A stretch of 64,000 bases of DNA, from assembly GCA_902634885.1 (NCBI GenBank), contig CACPLR010000001.1:16170-80169 (forward strand). Direction: 5' to 3'. The notes under the pieces are model-generated. The model worked only from the letters and a program-made list of their open reading frames with translations, was not told where the DNA came from and did no database searches. The position numbers and the translations under genes were made by a program. Positions 28,800 through 37,896 of the stretch are shown in pieces (position 1 is the first letter of the stretch; each line of letters begins with the position of its first letter). This stretch comes from an uncultured Pelagibacteraceae bacterium. GTDB lineage: Bacteria > Pseudomonadota > Alphaproteobacteria > Pelagibacterales > Pelagibacteraceae.

Positions 28800-30017
28800 A
28801 TGGAAAGACCAGATTTTTTTGAATTAAATAATGGTGAAAAAGTAAAACTTCCCTTTTCGGATAAAGAGTACAAAAATAGAGTATCGAAACTTAGAGAAGT
28901 CATGTCAGATAATAACATGGATATGGCAATTCTAACTTCGATGCATAACATTGCTTATTATACAGGGTTTATTTATTGTTCATTCGGAAGACCATATGGA
29001 TGTGTAGTCACAAAAAATAAAATAGTTACTATTTCTGCAAATATTGATTCAAGTCAACCTTGGAGAAGATCACATTGTAATAACGTAATATATACTGATT
29101 GGAAAAGAGATAATTTTTTAAGAGCTATCGTATCTGTAATTGGAAGAAATGATCCTCCAAAAACAATTGGAATTGAAAATGATCATGTAACTTTAGATAT
29201 AAAAGAAAAATTAAACTCTATATTTAGCATCGCGATTTTTAAAGATATTTCAAAGAATTTAATGAAACAAAGAATGATCAAATCAGATGAAGAAATTTCA
29301 ATAATTAAAAACGGTGCTCGCATTGCTGATTTAGGTGCTGAGGAAATTGTAAAACACATAAAACCTGGTCAATCGGAATTAGAGATTGCAATAGCAGGAA
29401 GAGATAAAATGGAAAGAGAAATAGCAAAGTCTTATCCTGATGCAGAATATATGGATACTTGGGTTTGGTTTCAGTCAGGCATAAATACAGATGGAGCACA
29501 CAATCCAAAAACAAATAGAGCATTACAAAATGGAGATATATTATCTTTAAATACTTTTCCAATGATCTCAGGTTACTACACTGCTTTAGAGCGAACATTG
29601 TTTGTTAATGAAATTGATGATGCATCTTTAAAAGCTTGGGAAGCAAATGTAAAAGTTCACAAACGTGGATTAGAATTAATCAAACCAGGTGCAAAATGTT
29701 CTGAAATTTGTGAGGAGTTAAATAATTTATTTGCTGAATTAGGTTATCTTCAATATCGAACGTTTGGTTATGGTCATTCATTTGGAATGCTTTCACATTT
29801 TTATGGAAGAGAGGCAGGATTGGAATTAAGAGAAGATATTGATACTGTTCTTGAAAAAAACATGGTGATATCAATGGAACCTATGATTATGATCCCCGAA
29901 GAAAAGCCTGGTGCAGGTGGATATAGAGAGCACGATATTTTAGTGATCAAAGAAGATGGCGCAGAAATTATTACTAAATTTCCGTTTGGACCTGATCATA
30001 ATATTATAAAAAATTAA
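28800..30017 (+). CDS. Creatinase (creatine amidinohydrolase), M24 fold
   Basis: NGEKV..PFS..EY, YCSFGRPY, YTDWKRDN, DTW.WFQSGINTDGAHNP (catalytic His), FPMISGYYTALERT, GHSFG.LSH.YGREAGLELRED; closely resembles recalled Pseudomonas creatinase. Confidence 0.9.
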   Translation: MERPDFFELNNGEKVKLPFSDKEYKNRVSKLREVMSDNNMDMAILTSMHNIAYYTGFIYCSFGRPYGCVVTKNKIVTISANIDSSQPWRRSHCNNVIYTDWKRDNFLRAIVSVIGRNDPPKTIGIENDHVTLDIKEKLNSIFSIAIFKDISKNLMKQRMIKSDEEISIIKNGARIADLGAEEIVKHIKPGQSELEIAIAGRDKMEREIAKSYPDAEYMDTWVWFQSGINTDGAHNPKTNRALQNGDILSLNTFPMISGYYTALERTLFVNEIDDASLKAWEANVKVHKRGLELIKPGAKCSEICEELNNLFAELGYLQYRTFGYGHSFGMLSHFYGREAGLELREDIDTVLEKNMVISMEPMIMIPEEKPGAGGYREHDILVIKEDGAEIITKFPFGPDHNIIKN

Positions 30018-31130
30018 ATGTCAGATAAAGTAATTGTAAATAGTTGGAATGAATGGGATCCATTAAAACATGTAATAGTTGGACGTGCTGACGGGACTTG
30101 TATTCCTGCTCCCGAACCAGCTTTAGATGCAAAAGTTCCTGAAGATAGTGATATGAGAGGTCAGTTTGGCCCAAGAACAAAAGACACTGTTGATAAAGCA
30201 AATGAACTTTTAGATAATTTTTCGTCCATCCTTGAAAAGCGTGGAATTAAAGTTGATAGACCAACGCCTTTGCACTTTAATCAGCCTACTTCAACACCAG
30301 ATTGGAAGGCTGAAACAATGTTTGGATGTATGCCGCCAAGAGATGTTTTGCTTACAGTTGGGAATGAAATTTTAGAAGCAACTATGAGTTATAGATGCAG
30401 ATGGTTTGAGTATCTTTGTTACAGACCTCTATTAAAACAGTACTATAATGAAGATCCTAATATGAGACATGAATCAGCTCCAAAACCAAGATTAACAGAC
30501 GCAGATTATAGAAAAGATTATTTATCAGATAAAATTGGAGTACAAAAAAGACTTGAGTGGACTGAGCAAAAATATTTTGTAACAACTGAGGAGGAACCAT
30601 TGTTTGATGCTGCTGATATTTTGAGATTTGGAAAAGATTTAGTAGTTCAACATGGTTTTACAACAAATTTAAAAGGAATTGATTGGATTAAAAGACATTA
30701 TAAAGATCATAGAGTTCATGCAGTAAATTTTCCAGGCGATCCTTATCCAATCCATATTGATGCAACTTTTACACCAATTAAAGAAGGGTTAATTATTAAT
30801 AATCCACAAAGAAGATTGCCTAAAGATCAAAGAAAATTATTTGAGGATAATGGATGGGAAATTTTGGATAGTGCACAACCAGCTCATAACGAACCACCTC
30901 CACTTTGTTATTCTTCAACCTGGCTATCCATGAATGTACTTGTTCTTGATTCAAAAACTGTTTGCGTTGAAAAAAGTGAAGTTTATCAGGCAGAGCAATT
31001 AGATAAATTAGGTATGGAAGTTGTACCTGTAGAGCTTAGAGATGCTTATGCGTTTGGAGGAGGTCTTCACTGTTGTACTGCAGATGTATACAGAGAAGGA
31101 ACATTAAAAGATTATTTTCCTAAACAATAA
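30018..31130 (+). CDS. Amidinotransferase (L-arginine:glycine amidinotransferase / StrB1-like)
   Basis: NSWNEWDPLK.VIVG, MPPRD, EP.FDAAD (Asp), HIDATF (His), WLSMNVL, GGGLHCCT (Cys). Confidence 0.88.
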   Translation: MSDKVIVNSWNEWDPLKHVIVGRADGTCIPAPEPALDAKVPEDSDMRGQFGPRTKDTVDKANELLDNFSSILEKRGIKVDRPTPLHFNQPTSTPDWKAETMFGCMPPRDVLLTVGNEILEATMSYRCRWFEYLCYRPLLKQYYNEDPNMRHESAPKPRLTDADYRKDYLSDKIGVQKRLEWTEQKYFVTTEEEPLFDAADILRFGKDLVVQHGFTTNLKGIDWIKRHYKDHRVHAVNFPGDPYPIHIDATFTPIKEGLIINNPQRRLPKDQRKLFEDNGWEILDSAQPAHNEPPPLCYSSTWLSMNVLVLDSKTVCVEKSEVYQAEQLDKLGMEVVPVELRDAYAFGGGLHCCTADVYREGTLKDYFPKQ

Positions 31131-32176
31131 TGGCAACAATTAAAACAAAAAGAGATAGAGTAAAATTTGCATCTGATAATGTTACAGGAGCATGTCCAGA
31201 AGTGTTAGATGCTATTTTAAAAGCTAATGATGGAGATAGAACTCCATATGGTAATGACGATCTCTCAAAAAGTTTACAAGATAAATTTTCAGAAATATTT
31301 GAAAAAGAAATAATTATTTTTCCAACATCCTCAGGAACTGCAGCTAATGCACTTGCGTTATCTACAATGACACCTTCATTTGGAAACATTTATTGTCATA
31401 GACTTTCACATATCAATGTGGATGAATGTGGAGCTCCAGAATTTTATACAGGTGGAGCAAAATTAGTTAATCTTAATGGAATAAATGGAAAAATTACAGC
31501 TGAGGAACTTAACAACTCAATAAGTGGAAAGGATATTGTCCATCATACACAACCTTCATCTGTAAGTATCACACAACTATCCGAAACTGGAGAAGCTTAT
31601 AATTTAGATGAAATAAAAAATATTTCTGAAGTAGCTCATAAACATAAACTTAATATACACATGGATGGAGCTAGATTTGCTAATGCTTTGGTTTCATTAA
31701 ATTGTAGTCCAGCAGAAATGACATGGAAATCGGGTATTGATGTACTTTCATTTGGAGCCACAAAAAATGGATGTTTAGCAGCAGAGGCAATAATTTTTTT
31801 CAAACCAGAATTGGTTGGTAACTTGCCATTTTTAATGAAAAGAGCGGGGCATTTATTATCTAAAATGAGTTTTGTCTCTGCACAATTAGATGCATACATT
31901 TCAAATGATGTTTGGATAAAAAATGCCAAACACGCAAACGCAATGGGAAAAAAACTAAGCCAAGGTTTAGACCAGCACAAAAACATAAAAATTGCGTATC
32001 CAACAGATGCTAATGAGGTATTTGTAAAAATGCCTAAAGATATAATTGATCAACTTAATTCGGAAGGCTACACCATAAACGATGACGAATGGGACGGTAA
32101 TGCGGTTAGATTAGTAACAGCATGGAACACGGATCCAACTGATATTGATATTTTTTTAAATTATATTAAATCTTAG
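31130..32176 (+). CDS. ltaE: Low-specificity L-threonine aldolase
   Basis: FASDN, YGNDD, SGTAAN, DECGAPEF, HMDGARFANA, PLP-Lys SFGATKNG. Confidence 0.9.
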   Translation: MATIKTKRDRVKFASDNVTGACPEVLDAILKANDGDRTPYGNDDLSKSLQDKFSEIFEKEIIIFPTSSGTAANALALSTMTPSFGNIYCHRLSHINVDECGAPEFYTGGAKLVNLNGINGKITAEELNNSISGKDIVHHTQPSSVSITQLSETGEAYNLDEIKNISEVAHKHKLNIHMDGARFANALVSLNCSPAEMTWKSGIDVLSFGATKNGCLAAEAIIFFKPELVGNLPFLMKRAGHLLSKMSFVSAQLDAYISNDVWIKNAKHANAMGKKLSQGLDQHKNIKIAYPTDANEVFVKMPKDIIDQLNSEGYTINDDEWDGNAVRLVTAWNTDPTDIDIFLNYIKS

Positions 32177-32404
32177 TTAGCTTGGGTTTTCCTTTAAAAA
32201 TTCAATATACTCAATTACATCATCTAACCGATCATCAGGTATATCTTTGTAACTAGCATTAAATTTACTTTTCACACAAATTGCAACATGAGCATAGGGG
32301 TTTCTTCCCTTAGGGTGATTTGGATGATCAGGTAATTGTCCCACCAAATAATCGCCAGCTTCCTTAATCAAAGACCAGAGTTTACGCCGATTTTCTTCGT
32401 CCAT
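32177..32404 (-). CDS. Hypothetical protein (75 aa)
   Basis: Protein-like ORF containing LPDHPNHPKGRNPYAHV; fills the gap, with its stop abutting the ltaE stop. Confidence 0.7.
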   Translation of the reverse strand: MDEENRRKLWSLIKEAGDYLVGQLPDHPNHPKGRNPYAHVAICVKSKFNASYKDIPDDRLDDVIEYIEFLKENPS

Positions 32405-32452
32405 AGCCTACTAACCTTGATCTATCTCGAAAATATCTAATGTATGGTTTAG

Positions 32453-32710
32453 TTACATTATTTTCTCAAGTTTCCAAGCTTCATCTTTAGCATTAAACTT
32501 TGCGTTCCAGTCTTTAGATCTTTGATCTTCAAATAAGGCATAAAATTTTTCTTCATCAGTGACATTTGCAATAAAAATCATTTTACCTTCACGAATGTGT
32601 GCCCATTCAAATGATGACGTGCATTTTGCAAGATCATCTTTAAACATACTATATAATTCATCTGCATCTTTTTTAGTTCCTTCATACGTTGTTGTTCCAA
32701 CAAAGTTCAT
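32453..32710 (-). CDS. Hypothetical protein (85 aa)
   Basis: ORF with SD (AAGGA) upstream and alternating beta/alpha pattern. Confidence 0.65.
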   Translation of the reverse strand: MNFVGTTTYEGTKKDADELYSMFKDDLAKCTSSFEWAHIREGKMIFIANVTDEEKFYALFEDQRSKDWNAKFNAKDEAWKLEKIM

Positions 32711-32783
32711 ACTTTTTCCTTTCTTTAATTAATTGAATTAATTTAATAAATTTTCCTTATTATTTTAGTATACTAATTTATAA

Positions 32784-33809
32784 ATGATTAAAGATAAAAT
32801 TAAAATTCACATAAGAAACAATCATTGGAAAAAAGGATCTTTGCCTTGCGATTTAGAAAGTGAAAAAAATAGCAGTGTCACAAAAGATTTGTTTGAAAGT
32901 AAATTAAGTAAATATACTGACATAAAAGATAAAATTTCTTATTTAATTGATTGGGATGATGATAATTGGCAATCTTCAATTAAAGATGCAGATATTTTAC
33001 TTGCATGGAATTTTCCGACAAAAGGTTTAAGTAAAATTGCACCTAACTTAAAATGGATTCACATTATATCAGCTGGAGTTAATCATCTCTCTCCATTTAA
33101 TTGGGTTAAAAAGGATTTAATTTTAACTAATAGTAGTGGAATACAAGCAAAAAAAGCTGGTGAATTTGGATTAATGAGTATTTTGATGCTTCAAAATCAA
33201 ATGACAAGAATTATTACTAATCAAAAACAAAAAGACTATGTCACTTTATTAAGTAACCCAATTGAAAATAAACATGTTGTAGTAGTTGGAACTGGTTCAT
33301 TAGGAGGTTCAATGATTAAACATATTAGTTCATTAGGCGCAAATGTGACTGGTGTAAATAGACGAGGTAGAAATGTTGATGGATGTTCAAAAGTTATTAA
33401 ATTTGATAAAATTGATGAAGTTTTACCTGAAGCTGATTTTCTTTATTTAGCAGTTCCTGAAACTAATGAAACAAAAGGAATGATAAACAAGAAAAGATTA
33501 GATGCTTTAAAACATACATGTGGGATTGTTAACATTGGACGTCAATCTGTAATGGATTATGATCATCTACAAAAAAAATTGACAAAAAATGAAATATCAG
33601 GAGCAATTTTAGACGTTTTTTCAGAAGAGCCTATAAGTAGAAATTCTAAATTTTGGGATACTCCAAATTTGATAATAACACCTCATATATCTTCAGATAG
33701 TAAAGGAAAGTACATAGAAATGGTTTTGGAAAAGTTTTTAACAAACTTAAAATTATTTATTGATAAAAAAGATTTAATTAACCAAGTAGATCCTGATCTA
33801 GGGTACTAA
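32784..33809 (+). CDS. D-2-hydroxyacid dehydrogenase family (GhrA/Ddh-like, probably NADP(H))
   Basis: HIISAGVNH, GTGSLG followed by GVNRRGR, NIGRQ (Arg), LDVFSEEP (Glu), ITPHIS (His). Confidence 0.88.
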   Translation: MIKDKIKIHIRNNHWKKGSLPCDLESEKNSSVTKDLFESKLSKYTDIKDKISYLIDWDDDNWQSSIKDADILLAWNFPTKGLSKIAPNLKWIHIISAGVNHLSPFNWVKKDLILTNSSGIQAKKAGEFGLMSILMLQNQMTRIITNQKQKDYVTLLSNPIENKHVVVVGTGSLGGSMIKHISSLGANVTGVNRRGRNVDGCSKVIKFDKIDEVLPEADFLYLAVPETNETKGMINKKRLDALKHTCGIVNIGRQSVMDYDHLQKKLTKNEISGAILDVFSEEPISRNSKFWDTPNLIITPHISSDSKGKYIEMVLEKFLTNLKLFIDKKDLINQVDPDLGY

Positions 33810-33822
33810 TACTTCGATTATT

Positions 33823-34128
33823 TTACGATATTATTTTATTTTTTTCATTATCCACAATAACTGGACTTTCATAATATGTGATTTCTGGCTCAGAGTATCT
33901 TTCAGTAATCCACTTAATTCTGTCTTCATCGAACCATTTTTTGGCGAACTCTATTTTTGTAAAAGTATAAACACCACCGGCATAACCTTTTTCAATATCT
34001 GCTATATAATTTTTTCTCAATAATCCCTCAACATCCACATATAACGTAGAAGTTTCGATAAATTTTTCTTTAAGAGTTTTTAAATTAAGTTCATTAGATA
34101 TTTTAAATTTAACTAATACTGTAATCAT
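33823..34128 (-). CDS. YdhR-like putative monooxygenase (dimeric alpha-beta barrel)
   Basis: Y..V.GLLRK.YI, AGGVY.F, EP.I.Y.ESP..VDN. Confidence 0.7.
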   Translation of the reverse strand: MITVLVKFKISNELNLKTLKEKFIETSTLYVDVEGLLRKNYIADIEKGYAGGVYTFTKIEFAKKWFDEDRIKWITERYSEPEITYYESPVIVDNEKNKIIS

Positions 34129-34185
34129 TACTTCTTAACTTTCTAATTTATATAAATTTTACTCATCTTTTTCAAAAAGTTATTG

Positions 34186-34671
34186 TTAATCTCTAAAATT
34201 AACAAAATCTATAGGAAGGCCAATATCTATTGCTTTTATTGCAGAAATTGCTTCCTGAAGATCGTCTTTCTTTTTTCCATCCACTCTTAGTTCTTCTCCT
34301 TGTATTTTTATTTGGATTTTAAGTTTCATTTTTTTTATATCAGTAATTATTTTTTTTGCATTTTCTTGGCTAATTCCCTCTTTTAACTCACTTACTTGTC
34401 TTATTGCTCCTCCAGATGCACCTTCAGAACTTTTAATATCAAATACTCTTGGGTCTACTTTTCGTCTTATAAGATGTGTTTGTAGTAATTCATTTACTTG
34501 TTTTAATTTAACCTCATCAGGTGCTATTGTAGTTAATGACTTTTCTTTTCTCTCTATTGTTATGTGAAGTCCTTTAAAGTCATAACGACTTCCAATTTCT
34601 CTTAGACAATTATTAAGCGCATTGTCAAACTCTTGATAGTTTATTTTACTTATCACATCAAATGAAGGCAT
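34186..34671 (-). CDS. yajQ: YajQ family nucleotide-binding protein
   Basis: MPSFDVIS, RYDFKG, IQGEELRV.GKKKDDLQ, C-terminal FVNFRD. Confidence 0.95.
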   Translation of the reverse strand: MPSFDVISKINYQEFDNALNNCLREIGSRYDFKGLHITIERKEKSLTTIAPDEVKLKQVNELLQTHLIRRKVDPRVFDIKSSEGASGGAIRQVSELKEGISQENAKKIITDIKKMKLKIQIKIQGEELRVDGKKKDDLQEAISAIKAIDIGLPIDFVNFRD

Positions 34672-34800
34672 AAAATTTGTTGATAATTATTTTACTAAAT
34701 TTAATTTAAGGATGCTATTTTATTTTTTGTGTTTCTAGAATTAAACCAGTATGCTTGAATCAACATTTTATTTCACATATAACTTCCTAAAAAAACCTTT

Positions 34801-35310
34801 ATGCCTAAAATAATTAAATTTTACATCCATACAGTTGATACGGTCTGTGAAAAAGTTGGTCGATTTGTGATGTATTGGGTTTTTTTTATGATGTTCCTTT
34901 TGATTTTATCATTTGTAACAAGAAACATAATTAATTTCCCATTAATGTGGATAATTGAAATGGCTCAATTTACTATTACTGCATATTATCTCTTAGGTGG
35001 AGGTTACTCTATGCTTGCTGATGATCATGTGAGAATGGATTTATTTTATGGCAAACTCTCAAAAAAAGGTAAAGCAAAAATGGATGTTTTTACAAGTTTT
35101 TTTCTGATTTTTTATTTAATCCTCCTTTTTTTTGGATCAATAACAAGTTTAATTTACACAATTGAAACCAAGCAAAAACTTTTTACTGCATGGGCACCTT
35201 ATGTTTGGCCAATAAAAACACTAATGCTTATTGGTATTTTATTAATGCTACTTCAAGCGTTTTCTACTTTATTTAAAGATATTGCAAATATGAAAGATAA
35301 AAGAATTTAA
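34801..35310 (+). CDS. TRAP transporter small permease (DctQ)
   Basis: 4 TM helices, W..EMAQF, DHVRMDLFY, WPIK. Confidence 0.9.
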   Translation: MPKIIKFYIHTVDTVCEKVGRFVMYWVFFMMFLLILSFVTRNIINFPLMWIIEMAQFTITAYYLLGGGYSMLADDHVRMDLFYGKLSKKGKAKMDVFTSFFLIFYLILLFFGSITSLIYTIETKQKLFTAWAPYVWPIKTLMLIGILLMLLQAFSTLFKDIANMKDKRI

Positions 35311-35312
35311 TT

Positions 35313-36650
35313 ATGCTCGCTCAATATTTAAGTTACGAATTTATCGCATTATTTATGTTCATAACAATGTTGGTTATGATGTTTACAGGTCAAAGAGTTT
35401 TTGGTGCTATTGGTTTTGTTGCTGCTGCTTCAGCATTATTGATTTGGGGCGAGGGTTCTATGGAAATGCCATACACAGCAACATGGAAACTTTTTAAGTG
35501 GTATCCAATGCTTACCTTGCCTTTATTTATTTATATGGGTTTTATGATTTCGGAGTCAGGAATTGCTAACGATCTATATAAAATGTTTCATGTTTTGTTT
35601 GGAGGAGTTAAAGGTGGTTTAGCTATAGGTACAATGTTTATGATGGTCGCAATTTCAGCAATGAACGGATTAAGTGTTGCTGGTATGGCTATTGGAGCAA
35701 CAATTGCCTTACCTGAAATGCTAAGAAGAAACTATGACAAACGTATGATAACAGGAGTTGTTCAGGCTGGTAGTTCGCTTGGAATTTTGATACCGCCAAG
35801 TGTTGTTATGGTTTTATATGGTATGATTGCCAGACAACCAGTCAGCAAGTTGTGGATGGCAGGAATACTTCCAGGTTTATTGATGGCTTTCCTATTTTTA
35901 ATTTATATTTACGTTAGATGTAAATTACAGCCAGAACTTGGTCCCCCTCTAAAAAAAGAAGAGAGGAGTATTAGTACTTTAGAAAAAATAAGACTGTTGA
36001 AGGCTGGAATAATTCCTTTCTTAATTTTTTTCTTCATGACAGGATTATTTTTAATGGGAATTGCAAGTCTTGTAGAATGTTCAGCAGTGGGTGCCTTTTT
36101 GGCGACATTAGCAGCTATATATAAAAAAAGATTTAATAGAGTAGTTTTAGATAATACTCTTAAAAAGACATTGGGCGTTTCATGCATGTTTATGTGGATT
36201 ATTTTGGCTGCTTTAACTTTTGGAGCTGTATTTGACGGTTTGGGAGCAGGGCGAGCTATTGAAACTTTGTTTATAGAAAAGTGGAATTTAACACCTTGGG
36301 GAGTTTTAATAATGATGCAGCTATCATATATTTTAATGGGGATGTTTTTAGATGATACTGCTATGCTAGTAATTGTTGCACCATTATATGTTCCTTTAAT
36401 AATTTCGTTGGGGTTTGATCCAATCTGGTATGGAGTTCTTTATACAATTACATGTCAAATTGCTTACATGACACCACCATTTGGATATAATTTATTTTTA
36501 ATGAGAGCAATGGCCCCAAAAGAAATTACCCTTAATGATATATATAGATCTATTATTCCTTTTGTTTTGATTATGGTTGTGGGATTAGCTATAGTCATGG
36601 CTTTTCCAGAAATTGCAACTTATTTACCAGAAAAATATTTATCTAGATAA
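35313..36650 (+). CDS. TRAP transporter large permease (DctM)
   Basis: LPLFIYMG, SSLGILIPPS, LGMFLD-like motif, YMTPPFGYNLF, FPEIA.YLP. Confidence 0.93.
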   Translation: MLAQYLSYEFIALFMFITMLVMMFTGQRVFGAIGFVAAASALLIWGEGSMEMPYTATWKLFKWYPMLTLPLFIYMGFMISESGIANDLYKMFHVLFGGVKGGLAIGTMFMMVAISAMNGLSVAGMAIGATIALPEMLRRNYDKRMITGVVQAGSSLGILIPPSVVMVLYGMIARQPVSKLWMAGILPGLLMAFLFLIYIYVRCKLQPELGPPLKKEERSISTLEKIRLLKAGIIPFLIFFFMTGLFLMGIASLVECSAVGAFLATLAAIYKKRFNRVVLDNTLKKTLGVSCMFMWIILAALTFGAVFDGLGAGRAIETLFIEKWNLTPWGVLIMMQLSYILMGMFLDDTAMLVIVAPLYVPLIISLGFDPIWYGVLYTITCQIAYMTPPFGYNLFLMRAMAPKEITLNDIYRSIIPFVLIMVVGLAIVMAFPEIATYLPEKYLSR

Positions 36651-36776
36651 TTCAACTTTAAGTTTAATTTATTTTTTTTTGTTAAACGTTTTACTCAAAT
36701 TTTATGAAAAATTAAGTTCCATAAGATTTTAATTTATAATAGAATTTTTAACAATTTATAAACGAGAGGAGACCAA

Positions 36777-37853
36777 GTGAAAAAAGACAAAAAAATAATA
36801 ACGAATAAAAGACGTTCGTTTATTAAAAAAGCGGGTTTACTAACGTTAGGTGCAGCTGGTGCAACTGCTATTAAAGCTCCATATGCTTACTCTGCATCAA
36901 ATCCAATCAAATGGAGATTGCAGACATATTCTGGAGCTCCACTTGGTGCGCACGTTATTAAGCCTCAAATAGAAGCTTTTAATAAAGCTGCTTTTGGAGA
37001 AATGGAAATCGAGCTTTATTATGCAGACCAATTAGTGCCAACTGATGAATTATTTAGAGCAATGCAGGCAGGAACTATAGATGCCGTACAAAGTGATGAT
37101 GCAACAATGGGTTCGCCGGTTGATATTCAAGTTTTTGGTGGCTATTTTCCATTTGCTACAAGATACAGTTTAGATGTTCCATCTTTATTTAAATATTATG
37201 GTTTAAATGAAATTTGGGATGAAGCTTATAGCGAAGTCAAAGGAGTTCAATGGCTAAGTACTAGTGCATGGGATCCTTGTCATCTATTCACTGTAAATAA
37301 AAAAATAACTAAACTTTCGGACATGAAAGGGCTTCGTGTTTTTGGTGTTCCTACTGCAGGTAAGTTCTTAGCAAGATATGGTTTAATACCAGTTATTGTA
37401 CCATGGGATGATGTAGAAGTTGCTATGCAAACTGGAGAATTAGACGGTGTTTGCTGGTGTGGATTTACAGAGGCTTATGAAGTAGGCTGGGCAGATATTT
37501 GCAAATATGCACTTACTAACTCAGTTACAGGTGCATGGTTTGGATCTTATTTTGCTAACCAAAAAAGTTGGGATAAATTAAGTCCAAAACTTCAAGCTCT
37601 TTACAGAATGTCAATTAACGACTCCCATTATTATAGACAAGTATGGTATTGGGGTGGAGAGGCAGATTTAAGAGTTAACGGTAAAAAAATGGAATTAACA
37701 AGTCTGCCAGCTAATGAGTGGGGTCAAGTTGTAAAAGACTCAGAACAATTCTGGGATGAGACTTCAAAGATTAGTCCAAGAGCTAAAAAAGTTGTTGATG
37801 CATTTAAGTTATACGCAGCAACAATGGAAAAAGCGGGCTATCCTTATAGATAA
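36777..37853 (+). CDS. TRAP substrate-binding protein (DctP family), Tat-exported, ethanolamine-binding-like subtype
   Basis: GTG start with AGAGGAG SD; NKRRSFIK Tat motif; WRLQTY; DMKGLRVF (Phe at the canonical Arg position); WCGFTE. Confidence 0.9.
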   Translation: MKKDKKIITNKRRSFIKKAGLLTLGAAGATAIKAPYAYSASNPIKWRLQTYSGAPLGAHVIKPQIEAFNKAAFGEMEIELYYADQLVPTDELFRAMQAGTIDAVQSDDATMGSPVDIQVFGGYFPFATRYSLDVPSLFKYYGLNEIWDEAYSEVKGVQWLSTSAWDPCHLFTVNKKITKLSDMKGLRVFGVPTAGKFLARYGLIPVIVPWDDVEVAMQTGELDGVCWCGFTEAYEVGWADICKYALTNSVTGAWFGSYFANQKSWDKLSPKLQALYRMSINDSHYYRQVWYWGGEADLRVNGKKMELTSLPANEWGQVVKDSEQFWDETSKISPRAKKVVDAFKLYAATMEKAGYPYR

Positions 37854-37862
37854 TAATTTAAT

Positions 37863-37896
37863 TTAGGCGCCTTTAATCAGGCGCCTAATTTTTTTT
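37863..37896 (+). terminator. Rho-independent terminator after the TRAP SBP gene
   Basis: TTAGGCGCCT-TTAATC-AGGCGCCTAA followed by a T8 run. Confidence 0.9.

Noticed and set aside
28800-31130. Cyanotoxin/antibiotic biosynthesis, or creatine biosynthesis, suggested by the amidinotransferase
   Set aside because: No PKS, NRPS, tailoring genes or guanidinoacetate methyltransferase are nearby; the neighbours are catabolic.
31862-31876. ltaE SKMSF instead of the usual SKMRF, as a sign of pseudogenisation
   Set aside because: It is a single-codon difference (AGT versus AGA). The ORF is full length with the PLP Lys intact, so it cannot be distinguished from a variant or sequencing error.
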